Shown piece after piece: positions 43,501 to 51,949 of a stretch of DNA of 64,000 nucleotides (position 1 is the stretch's first letter; each line of letters starts with the position of its first letter). Made by a program: the position numbers and the translations under genes. The stretch is from Obrimoposthia wandeli (Eukaryota): NCBI GenBank assembly GCA_977020255.1, contig CDROCS010004085.1, positions 124,001 to 188,000 on the forward strand, written 5' to 3'. Below the pieces are notes generated by a model. The model did no database searches, was not told where the DNA came from, and saw only the letters and a list, made by a program, of their open reading frames with translations.

Positions 43501-44134
43501 TGAATCAACAGTCCCATTGGCTCCTGTCTTTGGGCAAGCATATGAGAAAGTCGAGTTTCCGCTTAATGTGGTTGTGACTGAAGTGGCTAACCGAACCTCT
43601 ATTCGTTTTGAGTTTGATGCTGCACAGGTCGGTACTGACAGCGCGGATGATGTCTTGGCACAGTGGCTAGCAGAGTTACTGGAAATCATTCGATTACCTA
43701 TCGACAGTGATGCCCACATTCAATTACGAACTTGTCAGTCTTTGGTTGAAATAGACGTACCAAAAGCAAATGAAGAAACGCTTACGTTGACTGATCCTAG
43801 ACTTTCAACCTTGATTGAAAGGGAAAGCTTAGCAACTATCGTGTGTACGGCTTGGTTATCTGTGGCGATGCCTGTATCAGGGAAGGATGAGGATGTTTGG
43901 CAAGCGACGCTGTCTGATTTGGCAATCAACTCGTTGGCTGTAATTACCTTGTCGGCAACCTTATCTGATGTATTAGGTCAACCTGTAACTCCTGCCATGG
44001 TATATCAATCGCCAAGTCCAGCTGCATTTGTGCAGTCTTATTACAAAGAGCAGCAACGTCAGTGCGAGGGCTGTGTTTCGAAATTGCCTGAAATAACTCA
44101 AGCAGGAGTTTCGGAGGCAAATAATGCAGGCTGA
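37598..44134 (+). CDS. NRPS: N-terminal docking domain-C-A-T-E-C-T (AmoG-like)
   Basis: HHIISDG; YTSGSTGLPKG; T domain LGGDSI; E domain NHWVIDAVSW/EGHGRE/VGWFT; HHAIIDG; C-terminal T-like LAINSL; no TE. Confidence 0.9.
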   Translation: MTDIITLLMALERKGVRLTLNRQFQLVSQANKQAMTPDVVAQIKANKDAIVRCLKAQQAFDQPIPVTRETVGPLSYSQSGLWFIEQYEENSHLYNMPVHFRVTGVLDYEALAYAFDVLAQKHASMRTRFAINTEGKGEQHIDAHTPFTVKHKDLSYLPEGEREAVLLQWIIDDVNRPFDLNQGQLTRVDVVKLDSELHILMLTQHHIISDGWSVKNMFADFKQAFLSYQNQQLMPVIPTVRTYIDYANWFNSPAFQDYHAEFKPFWVERLAGIPEVHSLPLDKPRPVAHDNDGELVFSRIDNALWDKFKRLCQQHNTSNFIGLHTVFSLLMARLSDENDIVIGTPLAYRERHDIEDVVGFFVNTIVLRTQLGENQPFIDYLQYCREQDLSAFDHQIYRFESLSEAIGTDRTTAINPIFQIMLVYQAKVDFNDLIPGCGAVEEPSPILPAKTDISLKVTELVEGVRLDWLFSKGIFEKTTIERYAEHFLRLLTAAVENPESDVQQLPIIAHNEEAEMAAKLAQLPTVYPETVLTHQMFEVAMASHPEKQAVIHGAQSLTYAELESRANRLANWLIERGLRSESLVGIVAERGIEFVVSALAVWKAGGAYVPLDPTYPLKRLQHVIDDAELSLIIAPSSAFAEQIQQADGGKHCVTGVEVVNIAAPSFVAQLAQFTRTRPVLAQCSPKQLAYVIYTSGSTGLPKGVMVEHGSFVNLVQDHCQRLEFSSDSVMFNCMSLAFDAGNMTAMLPLASGITLTFGEPNDQVIAQAEQYRATHMICSTALFAALPPQSVQYLQTVAIGGEACPAQIVEHWADKVALFNMYGPTEFTVTALVQQLETDQPVSIGTNVTNTQALILDQSGNLCPNGVPGELCLTGLGLARGYLNQPQLTAQAFTQWQCLDHAVRMYRTGDKARVNHDGRVEYMGRIDEQVKLRGYRIELGEIEAQLVLAHENIHQVKVIVAEQGAQKVLVAYATLRESALAVTASTILNLAARTLPEYMVPAQLFFIDDMPLTVNGKLDIRQLPKVDLNAVISTAPTNDLESAVLAIWQSTLNTSCGVEEDFFRLGGDSILSIQLTTKLRDAGYACTVKDVFEAKTVRRLCRTLASNILAASTTIPPKIEAEQGLLTGAFPLLPIQSWFTEQGFSKPQHWNQAAILQIPVLSETQLIHAMTQLFTHHDALRLSLPELQSGVAFERVSAQQYNADISLPPLIELDATSLSEQELYHAFTELQANFDLSAGQTMAWALVRNHPQAEIALFLAFNHWVIDAVSWRILTDDFAKLCHAEALGSKTSNKTLGRKTTSYRQWGKVLADYTQRYSTQFDYWLQQSQGSDNSLLRDDQHPEGLASSAMMQLPVALTQRLVSQAHNAFNTEVNDILLAALVKTLADMGWGDEHTIMLEGHGREAISPSHDVSQTVGWFTSTYPLLLRTANAASIEDELTTLIQHTKECRRVIPDKGIGFAAFKQHHAEGRRLSLSPIVFNYLGLQTHTAGEWRPIGIEPGQVMSPLNKPAELISLHGGIIEGSLTFRQVGCLTQTLSEQFMASLAVNIEKLIDFCEQTYAKAGCQPTPSDYPLVKLSQVELNHLQHSLDVEAIVPASSLQASMFVHQQCCPQDDAFHLQTPIHYPHTLNVIAYKQAWQHATERFPALRVALRHCQELVQVIQGNIELAFDIVDLSDPASPDHADPQAALIRYQEADRQRSFVLNETTEPLFRLLCMKVSESNYHVLFSCHHAIIDGWSGPRLFGAVHECYQRLLDEAEAPITAEKNTAAVPIIVHQYDNAYLEHATYAVKQREVVSAYWQEKWPTMQQRNDLSSLFGADLSLANMQQTPAVVRLRLTGHEQKKLVDFAQAIGVTNSVVVQYAWHRLVAKITGDAVTIVGNVTSGRDAPVDDIAASVGLYINSLPLMMQWNTGLTLGEHIVTLQRELMGLNEYATQSLITLQNGLPRCFDSLFVFENYPRPTARPPQTESTVPLAPVFGQAYEKVEFPLNVVVTEVANRTSIRFEFDAAQVGTDSADDVLAQWLAELLEIIRLPIDSDAHIQLRTCQSLVEIDVPKANEETLTLTDPRLSTLIERESLATIVCTAWLSVAMPVSGKDEDVWQATLSDLAINSLAVITLSATLSDVLGQPVTPAMVYQSPSPAAFVQSYYKEQQRQCEGCVSKLPEITQAGVSEANNAG

Positions 44135-46463
44135 TTGTTTTGATGGTTGTCTTGATACTACGTACTGGAAGACGTTATTCGATGGTGTAACTGAGCCGAC
44201 GCATTTTAGTGCGAATAAGGCTGGTACTGCTCCTCTAGAACAACGTGTTGCTAATACAGACACCTTCACGCAGCTACTTACGCACAACCTATCGCCAGAG
44301 TGGGTGGCGATGTTCAATGTTTTTTGTGTCGACGTTGATGTGGATTGCTCAACTTTATTCAGTGCAAGCTGGAATTGGATGTTGTACCAATATAGCGGTG
44401 AATCTGTAGTGACAAGTGGGATGTGCGATATGCCCTGCAAGACGGTGATCCCTACGGTACAGTCATTTTCCGATCGTTCGTTAACAGTGGCGGCATGGTT
44501 GTGTGACGCTCAAGCACAATTGTCGTTATCAAAACAGATGTTATTCCATACGCGTCTGAATCCGACGGCTGATTTGCAGCCACTTAACTGGCTGACCAGC
44601 GTTGTCTCGGTTAAGCATTTAGTGCCACCGTTAGATAATGATGATTGTCCTAATGATGGTGCGAACGACGTTGTTGATAATAATGGCACCTTGATGCCGG
44701 GGACTATTGCTTCAGTATATATTGATAACCAAGATTCATTCACTGGATGGCGGGTACAACTTGCTTATTCGGAGGTGCACTTTTCTGTCGAACAAGCTTC
44801 GTCTTTGCTAGAAGACTGGATAGCGCTATTGACGGGGATCTGTCAGCAGCGATGGTCGACGGTCAATGAATTGTGTGTTGGGCAATGGCAGCCGTCAAAG
44901 GATGCTTCTATTGGGCCAACATCAGATTTACCATCATCTTATAATACATTTTCTGATGAACTGGCATCTGTATTATTAACTGCACTACAGCACGCCGCGC
45001 AAGATGAACGCCCTGCGATTGAATGGCAAGGGGGGACGCTAAGTTACACGGCATTGTTACAGCGTGTCGCGGAGATCCAGAATTTACTGCATCAGCATAA
45101 TATTGAGTGTGGTGATAGGGTTGGGCTACACGTATACCGGCAACCAGACATGATCTCGGCGATGATCGCGTGTCTATTGTCGGGAGTGACATTTGTACCA
45201 TTAGAGCCGACGTTTCCTGCTGATCGTCTGGTAACTATTGAGCAAGAGGCTGGGCTTAAAGCGATTCTCCAAGATACGGCGTTGTCGAGAGCTATTCCTA
45301 TGGTGCCATTTAAGGGGGCTAATGTAGTGTTGTTAGCGGCTGAAAATGTAATGCCTAAGTCGGGGTTAATGCCGAGAGTGTGTGATGGGTTATCATCTGA
45401 TACGCCTGCCTACATTATGTTTACCTCGGGCTCAACAGGGAAACCGAAAGGAGTCGTGATTACTCATCGTGCCTTGTTAATGTTTTTGCAGGGCAGCACT
45501 GATCGTTTGGAATTAGATACGACTACTCGCTGGTTATTGATTACCACCATGGCGTTTGATATAGCCTTATTAGAAATATTCGGACCTTTATGGGTAGGTG
45601 GTTGTGCTGTTTTGATGTCGAGTGATGAGTATCGTGATCCCCATGCGATTAGTGATTACTTAACGGAAGATAATGCCATCACGGTAATGCAAGCAACGCC
45701 TGCATTTTGGCGAATGTTATTGAATACAGGATGGCAGGGTAATCAACAGCTGGTGGCGTTGTGTGGTGGGGAAGCATTAGATAAACCGCTGGCAGAGCAA
45801 TTGGTATTACGAACTCAACGTTTGTGGAATTGTTATGGGCCAACGGAAGCCACGGTATGGTCTTTGATGGCAGAAATTACTGCAGATGCTTTGAACTTGC
45901 CGAGTATCACTTTGCAGCATAGCCTGATTGGTTATACCCATCAGGTGGTAGATGCTGACTTACAGCCTGTTTCGGTGAATATGGTTGGGGAGCTATGTAT
46001 TCAAGGTGAGGCATTGAGTCATGGTTATTGGCAGCGTGATGAGCTAACGGCTCAGCAATTCGTCACTTTGTCGTCGCATCAGGTTCGAAGCTATCGTACG
46101 GGTGATAAAGTGCGGGTGTTAGGGGATGATTGCTATCAATACTTGGGACGGTTTGATGACCAAGTAAAATTGCGTGGTTTTCGGATTGAGCTGGGTGAAA
46201 TTGAAGCTCAGCTTAAGTACCTGACGATGGTCAAAGATGCTGCGGTAAAATTGATCGGAACAGGGGATGAAGCGCAGTTAGTGGCGTTCATAGAAATGAC
46301 AAAAGATACTAGGTTGTCAAAATTAGCGGTGCGCAAAGAACTGCTGAAAACCTTACCCAGTTATATGGTGCCAAACCGTTTCGTGGTGCTTGAACTGTTA
46401 CCAAAAACAGGAAGTGGTAAAGTTGATCGCAAGCAACTTTATATCAAGAAATCTTATATCTAG
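44124..46463 (+). CDS. NRPS-like protein: partial C domain + Gly-type A domain, no carrier domain (AmoH-like)
   Basis: N-terminal part lacks HHxxxDG; A3 FTSGSTGKPKG; code DILQLGCVWK; ORF ends just after A10 (GKVDRK). Confidence 0.85.
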   Translation: MQADCFDGCLDTTYWKTLFDGVTEPTHFSANKAGTAPLEQRVANTDTFTQLLTHNLSPEWVAMFNVFCVDVDVDCSTLFSASWNWMLYQYSGESVVTSGMCDMPCKTVIPTVQSFSDRSLTVAAWLCDAQAQLSLSKQMLFHTRLNPTADLQPLNWLTSVVSVKHLVPPLDNDDCPNDGANDVVDNNGTLMPGTIASVYIDNQDSFTGWRVQLAYSEVHFSVEQASSLLEDWIALLTGICQQRWSTVNELCVGQWQPSKDASIGPTSDLPSSYNTFSDELASVLLTALQHAAQDERPAIEWQGGTLSYTALLQRVAEIQNLLHQHNIECGDRVGLHVYRQPDMISAMIACLLSGVTFVPLEPTFPADRLVTIEQEAGLKAILQDTALSRAIPMVPFKGANVVLLAAENVMPKSGLMPRVCDGLSSDTPAYIMFTSGSTGKPKGVVITHRALLMFLQGSTDRLELDTTTRWLLITTMAFDIALLEIFGPLWVGGCAVLMSSDEYRDPHAISDYLTEDNAITVMQATPAFWRMLLNTGWQGNQQLVALCGGEALDKPLAEQLVLRTQRLWNCYGPTEATVWSLMAEITADALNLPSITLQHSLIGYTHQVVDADLQPVSVNMVGELCIQGEALSHGYWQRDELTAQQFVTLSSHQVRSYRTGDKVRVLGDDCYQYLGRFDDQVKLRGFRIELGEIEAQLKYLTMVKDAAVKLIGTGDEAQLVAFIEMTKDTRLSKLAVRKELLKTLPSYMVPNRFVVLELLPKTGSGKVDRKQLYIKKSYI

Positions 46464-46518
46464 GTATCTAGTATGATGTAACGTTAAAGATCGATGATGA
46501 TAGATGCGCATCATAATG

Positions 46519-46551
46519 AAAAGCCGATTTTTTAATAACAATCGGCTTTTT
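46519..46551. terminator. Bidirectional terminator between convergent genes
   Basis: aaaagccgatt...aatcggcttttt. Confidence 0.85.
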
Positions 46552-46607
46552 ATCGCGTTATATATCACGTTATATTGTGCTCTAGAATCAAATTCTACTT
46601 GAGAACA

Positions 46608-47564
46608 TTATGGCGAAAGTGGTTCTGCATCCGGTTTATTAACCAGCTTGACGATGTCTTGCATTACGCTCAATGCGGCGAGAGGTCCACCTACAGAGGT
46701 CCACAATGACCCATCAACAGCCTCAAAACGTTTAGTTTGGATAGAACTGAGTTGTTTAAATGCAGGGCTTGATTCAGCTTGTTTCATCGCATCGACCGCA
46801 TCGCCTGATGTACTGAGTGTACCTATGACCATCCAATCACCATCTAAGACATTTAATGCTTCTAAACTCAATGATAGCGAATGTGTGTGCCCAGGATCTT
46901 GCTGGTTGGCAGGACGTGTCATACCGAGATCTGCGATGACTTGGCTGGCAAAAGCATCTTTGAACATGTAGGCCGGTCCTTTCGGATTCCAGCGTACGAT
47001 ACTGATGGTTTGCCCGGCTTTATCACCTATGTCAGCTTTTGATTGCTGCACGGCCTGCTGGTAACGCGCCATGAATGCCGTGGCTTCTTTTTGACGATTG
47101 AGAATATCGGCTGTGCGGTGAAAAGTGTCTTTCCACGGTTCGCCTCGCTTAAATGTAACAACTGTTGGTGCAATTTCATTCAATAATGCCAATACCTCTG
47201 GTCGGTTAGGCGTTGTTAGAATGAGGTCTGGTTCGAGTTCTAGAATGGTTTCCATATTGGGACGACTAAGGTCACCGACAATCTTAATGTCTTGTTGAAT
47301 AGCTGATTGGAGGTAGCGCGGTAATGTTTGCTGCCCACGACCATTCACCGTGCCGATAGGTGTAAGTCCCAATGCCAAGGTGCTATCGAGATCGATTTCA
47401 CTCAAGGTGATCACCCGCTTGGGCGCGGCGGGTATTTCAATCATTTTACCGTAGACATCATGAATGCTACGCATGGCTTCATTGCTCACAGTTTGGCTGT
47501 GGGCGGTAAAAGCGGCAGTAATACATAACACCGAGAGTGCGACCTTACGAAGAAACATCATCAT
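46608..47564 (-). CDS. Iron-siderophore ABC transporter periplasmic binding protein
   Basis: Signal peptide; PKRVITL, ALGLTPIG and PNMETILELEPDLIL class III SBP motifs. Confidence 0.92.
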   Translation of the reverse strand: MMMFLRKVALSVLCITAAFTAHSQTVSNEAMRSIHDVYGKMIEIPAAPKRVITLSEIDLDSTLALGLTPIGTVNGRGQQTLPRYLQSAIQQDIKIVGDLSRPNMETILELEPDLILTTPNRPEVLALLNEIAPTVVTFKRGEPWKDTFHRTADILNRQKEATAFMARYQQAVQQSKADIGDKAGQTISIVRWNPKGPAYMFKDAFASQVIADLGMTRPANQQDPGHTHSLSLSLEALNVLDGDWMVIGTLSTSGDAVDAMKQAESSPAFKQLSSIQTKRFEAVDGSLWTSVGGPLAALSVMQDIVKLVNKPDAEPLSP

Positions 47565-47604
47565 CCCTTATATTAATCGATAGATTTGGATAATATATGA
47601 GAAA

Positions 47605-47662
47605 GAGATTGATAACTATTTTTATTTAGATCTATTCATAGGTTAGGCTCATTGTTATCATG
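47605..47662. promoter_or_regulatory. Candidate Fur boxes in the divergent SBP/permease promoter
   Basis: gagattgataactattttt (13/19 to consensus) and a weaker ctcattgttatcatg. Confidence 0.55.
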
Positions 47663-47727
47663 CGTCCTTACAAGGATTACACGTGTCATTAGCACGTGAG
47701 TAAAATTGATTAAAGGGAGTTAACGTT

Positions 47728-48744
47728 GTGACAAAATCGCACCTTATTGGCCTCGGAAGTTGCTTGGCAGCAGTCTTCTTTTTAGTGTTGTTGTCGTTGT
47801 CGGTTGGGGCTGGTATCTATGGGTTTAGTGATGCATTCGGTTATCTAACAGGCTCTCCATTACTGGTATCAGACGCGCAACTGGCCATGGTGATGGATAC
47901 TTTACGCATTCCACGCACCTTGTGTGCTGTTATTGTCGGAGTTAGTTTAGCGTTGGCAGCTTCATTACTGCAAAGTGCAACGCGTAACCCACTGGCAGAG
48001 CCGGGTCTGCTTGGTGTTAATGCAGGTGCAGTTCTGGGTTTAGTTATCGGGCTTACTTATTTTGATGTGGAATCGACCCAAGGCTATTTAGTGTGGTCTG
48101 GGCTAGGTGCGCTGGCAGGTAATACTGTGGTGTTGATCATCGGCCACCTTGTGGGGAAATCGCATCCATTAAAATTGATTCTCGTTGGTGTTGCTCTTAG
48201 TGCTACGTTTGGCGGCCTATCGAATTATGTGTTGTTGTCGAACCAAGTGGTACTTGATCAATTTCGCTTTTGGAATCTAGGTTCATTGGCTGCTGCTGAA
48301 ATGGGGACGATGCTGATGATCTTGCCATTCTTAGTGGTGGCCGTGGTATTAACTTTTGCTTTAACTCGTCAATTAACCTTAATGCAATTAGGTGAACAGC
48401 AAGCCAAATCATTGGGTATTAATACCAATGTGGTGCGTATTGGGGTGCTGATTGCTTCTACCTTATTTACAGCTTGTGCCATCTCGGTAGCGGGCCCTAT
48501 CAGTTTTGTCGGATTTCTTTCTGCTTATTGTGCACGTATGGTTGAACCTGTCGCTTTGTCATTACAAGTGGTTTTTTCGGCACTTTTTGGTGTTATTTTT
48601 CTCTTTATTGCCGATATTCTTGCACGTTGGTTAATTCAACCGTTTGAAATGCCGAATGGGGTGATCTTAGCCTTGATCGGGGCGCCCGTCTTAATTGCAG
48701 TGGTGCACCGCGGTGGTTTCCGCACTTTGTTAGCTGTGAAATAG
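47728..48744 (+). CDS. Iron-siderophore ABC permease (FecCD family)
   Basis: RIPRTL, QSATRNPLAEPGLLG and LGEQQAKSLG (EAA-like) motifs. Confidence 0.93.
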   Translation: MTKSHLIGLGSCLAAVFFLVLLSLSVGAGIYGFSDAFGYLTGSPLLVSDAQLAMVMDTLRIPRTLCAVIVGVSLALAASLLQSATRNPLAEPGLLGVNAGAVLGLVIGLTYFDVESTQGYLVWSGLGALAGNTVVLIIGHLVGKSHPLKLILVGVALSATFGGLSNYVLLSNQVVLDQFRFWNLGSLAAAEMGTMLMILPFLVVAVVLTFALTRQLTLMQLGEQQAKSLGINTNVVRIGVLIASTLFTACAISVAGPISFVGFLSAYCARMVEPVALSLQVVFSALFGVIFLFIADILARWLIQPFEMPNGVILALIGAPVLIAVVHRGGFRTLLAVK

Positions 48745-48754
48745 GAGCGCTTTC

Positions 48755-49870
48755 ATGTCACACGAACATTCACTTGCTACTGAGCAAGCAGCACCGCCTT
48801 TATCTTCGTTAACATTATCTTCAACCTCACCTGTAATAACGCCTACGGGGAAGTGGCGGTTACAGTGTGGGCAATATAACCTTTTGGTTGAAAAGCGTGC
48901 GGTTATCGTCGGTGTCATATTAATGGTCATGTTGCTGGTGGGCATCGTGATTGCGGTTAGCGTTGGCTCTGCAAAATTAACGCCGTTGTCGGCATTGCAA
49001 GCTTTCCTTGGCGATGCATCGCGCATGGTTAATATCATGGTATTTAAAATCCGATTACCACGTGTGGTTGCGGTCGTGGTTGCAGGTGCAGCACTCGGGC
49101 TATCCGGTTGCTTAATTCAAACTTTGGTGCGTAACCGTTTGGCGACACCCGATATGATAGGGGTTAACGAAGGGGCCACACTCGCCATTACCTTCTTTAC
49201 CTTGTATATCACCGTAGGTGCATGGCCATGGTGGGCTGCGCCTATTGGTGCCATGTTCGCAGCCGTGATTTTGTTTTTGTTGTGTAAGAACCCTGGTGAG
49301 CAAGGGTATATGTTCGTTGTTATTGGTATCGGGGTGTCCGAGTTGATGCGAGCGGTCGGCGAATTCATAATGTCGACAGAATCTATTGTGCATGTCAGCA
49401 GTGTGTATATGTGGAGTATGGGAAATTTTGTCGGGCAAGGCTATACGACAAGCTTACCTGTAGTCATGCTTTTGTTGTTGTTATGCCCCTTTATTGTTTA
49501 CTTTTCTCGGCAACTCAATGTGTTGCGATTAGGTGTTAGTACGGCGCAAAGCTTGGGTATTAATGTGAATCGAGTGCAGCTTAGCATTTTGATGCTTGCC
49601 ATCATGGTGGCGGCACTTGGTACGGCTATTGGCGGGCCGATTGTCTTTATTGCGATGGCTGCCCCGATCTTGGCGTCGTATTGCGTCAAGAATCGCATTG
49701 TTCCACTGTGGAGTGCTGCGCTGCTAGGGGCGCTGTTATTGTTATTCAGTGATACCTTAGTAAGAGTATTGGCGGATCCGCATGAAGTTGCCACGGGGAT
49801 TATGACCCGTATTTTAGGCGGTATTATGCTATTAGTTTTCTTATTACGTGACAAAGGAAGTGCGGACTAA
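48755..49870 (+). CDS. Iron-siderophore ABC permease (FecCD family)
   Basis: RLPRVV, QTLVRNRLATPDMIG and AQSLGINV motifs. Confidence 0.93.
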   Translation: MSHEHSLATEQAAPPLSSLTLSSTSPVITPTGKWRLQCGQYNLLVEKRAVIVGVILMVMLLVGIVIAVSVGSAKLTPLSALQAFLGDASRMVNIMVFKIRLPRVVAVVVAGAALGLSGCLIQTLVRNRLATPDMIGVNEGATLAITFFTLYITVGAWPWWAAPIGAMFAAVILFLLCKNPGEQGYMFVVIGIGVSELMRAVGEFIMSTESIVHVSSVYMWSMGNFVGQGYTTSLPVVMLLLLLCPFIVYFSRQLNVLRLGVSTAQSLGINVNRVQLSILMLAIMVAALGTAIGGPIVFIAMAAPILASYCVKNRIVPLWSAALLGALLLLFSDTLVRVLADPHEVATGIMTRILGGIMLLVFLLRDKGSAD

Positions 49871-50661
49871 TGACTTTATTAACGATGAGCAATATTGGTT
49901 TTTCTTATGATGAAAAGTCCGTGTTCCATAATGTATCTATACAGCTCAATAGAGGGAAGTTGGTAGGGATTGTTGGGCCCAATGGTGGTGGAAAATCGAC
50001 CTTACTGAAATTGATTGCCAAACAAATGGAACCCCATAGTGGTGATATTATCCTTGATGGAAAGCCGTTGTCGCAGTATTCGATGAAAGCGCTAGCCAAG
50101 CAGGTTGCTTATTTGCCGCAACACCCACTAAGCCCTGCGGGTATTACAGTAGAACAGTTGGTGCAATATGGACGTCACCCTCATCAAAGTTGGTTTAATC
50201 AATGGAACGACAAAGATGCCGAGCAAGTAAACCAAGCCATTGAGTTGATGCAGTTGTCAGACATTTTGCAACAACCAGTAACTAGCCTGTCTGGCGGTCA
50301 ACGGCAGCGTGCTTGGCTAGCAATGATACTGGCACAAGACACCGATTTAATTTTATTAGATGAACCGACCAGCGCGTTAGATATTGGTCACCAAATTGAG
50401 GTGATGGAAAGTATTAGCCATATGGTAGTGTCTGGTAAAACAGTGGTATTGGTGATTCATGATTTAGCCGCGGCAGCTCGTTATTGCGATGAACTAATTG
50501 CCATTGGTAATAATACGGTGGTGGCATCGGGTAGCGTGAATGAGGTGGTAACGAAGACCTTGATTGATGAATTATACGATACAAATGTAGATATATTATA
50601 TGCCCCGTTTGATCAGGCGCCTGTGATTGTGCCGCGTCGTAAGGTGCATACGAAGCAGTAG
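49870..50661 (+). CDS. Iron-siderophore ABC ATPase (FepC-like)
   Basis: GPNGGGKST, LSGGQRQR and LLDEPTSALD motifs. Confidence 0.95.
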   Translation: MTLLTMSNIGFSYDEKSVFHNVSIQLNRGKLVGIVGPNGGGKSTLLKLIAKQMEPHSGDIILDGKPLSQYSMKALAKQVAYLPQHPLSPAGITVEQLVQYGRHPHQSWFNQWNDKDAEQVNQAIELMQLSDILQQPVTSLSGGQRQRAWLAMILAQDTDLILLDEPTSALDIGHQIEVMESISHMVVSGKTVVLVIHDLAAAARYCDELIAIGNNTVVASGSVNEVVTKTLIDELYDTNVDILYAPFDQAPVIVPRRKVHTKQ

Positions 50662-50795
50662 TAATATCGATATGTCGCTATTGTTACTCGCAATCTTGAT
50701 CTTGTTGTTTATCCAGAATAAAAACCTTACCCACATAACCGATATAATCTTGAAAAGTTATGCGAGCAAGGTCTTTTCTATGATGTTTCTAGAGC

Positions 50796-51878
50796 TTAGC
50801 CGTGCATGCTGATTGGCGAGAGCGATTGATACAATGTGCGGCGAGTCGCAATGGCAGCGGAAAATTGATTAAGTAATATTTCTGTATCGCTCCAGTTGAT
50901 ACAGGCATCCGTTACCGATTGTCCGTAAGTCATATTGGCACTTATTGCTTGATTACCTTCCTCAAAGAAACTTTCCACCATAATTGACGTTATTGCTTGT
51001 TCGCCCTGAGACAATTGTTCACATAACGATTGTGCGACAACAAGTTGGTTTTTATGGCGCTTTTGGCTGTTTCCATGGCTGCAATCTACCATAATACTTA
51101 CTGGTAACTTGGCTTGGTATAGCGCTTTGCTGGCAGCTTGAATATGGCTAGGGCTGTAGTTAGGTTCTTGCCCACCACGTAGGATGATATGACAATCGGC
51201 ATTACCTGAACTTTCCACTGCATATAAATGTCCATCGTGTCCTGTAATGGTATACAAGTGAGGGGATTGGCTAGAAAGAATGGCATCTGTCGCAATACGA
51301 ATGTTACCATCGGTGCCGTTTTTGAAACCGACGGGGCAGGGTAAGCCCGAGGTTAACTGTCGGTGAACTTGTGATTCTGTAGTGCGGGCGCCAATGGCTC
51401 CCCAGCTCATGAGGTCGGCCAAATATAGAAAGCTGGTATTATCCAAAAATTCGGTTGAAGTTGGTACACCAAGTTCATTGATAGCGAGTACTAACTGACG
51501 CGCTGTTGTTAACCCAGTAATAAGGTCATTACTGTTGTCGAGATGCGGATCGAATATTAAGCCTTTCCAGCCTGTTGTTGTTCGGGGTTTTTCGAAATAC
51601 GTTCGCATCACAATATGTAAGTGTTCACTATACTGTTCGACCAGTGGCTTAAGCTGCTTTGCGTATGCCAGTGCTGCATCTGGGTCATGAATTGAGCATG
51701 GACCAATTACGACCAGAAGCCGATCATCTTTGCCATGTAAAATATCCCTCACATTATTACGTGATTCCATTATGTGGTGTTCAGTGCCGGCCGTACACGG
51801 GTAGTCACTGAGCAGTTCTGCCGGTGAAGGAAGCCGACGGCATGTTGTCGTTCTCATCACTGATGGGTGAATAGCCAT
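50796..51878 (-). CDS. Class I-alpha DAHP synthase, cluster-associated
   Basis: IGPCSIHD, YFEKPRT, IGARTTESQ, GFKNGTDG, LRGG and DCSHGNS motifs. Confidence 0.95.
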   Translation of the reverse strand: MAIHPSVMRTTTCRRLPSPAELLSDYPCTAGTEHHIMESRNNVRDILHGKDDRLLVVIGPCSIHDPDAALAYAKQLKPLVEQYSEHLHIVMRTYFEKPRTTTGWKGLIFDPHLDNSNDLITGLTTARQLVLAINELGVPTSTEFLDNTSFLYLADLMSWGAIGARTTESQVHRQLTSGLPCPVGFKNGTDGNIRIATDAILSSQSPHLYTITGHDGHLYAVESSGNADCHIILRGGQEPNYSPSHIQAASKALYQAKLPVSIMVDCSHGNSQKRHKNQLVVAQSLCEQLSQGEQAITSIMVESFFEEGNQAISANMTYGQSVTDACINWSDTEILLNQFSAAIATRRTLYQSLSPISMHG

Positions 51879-51949
51879 GTTAAATTCCTTTTTGATCATT
51901 AGTATAATGACATCACTCTCACGTCTTAGTACGTAGTGTTTTTGTTGTG

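Noticed and set aside
29862-46463. Enterobactin, vibriobactin, vanchrobactin or piscibactin pathway
   Set aside because: No Ser-type C-A-T-TE module, no Cy domains, no PKS, salicylate synthase or Fes esterase; the codes indicate Lys, a hydrophobic residue and Gly.
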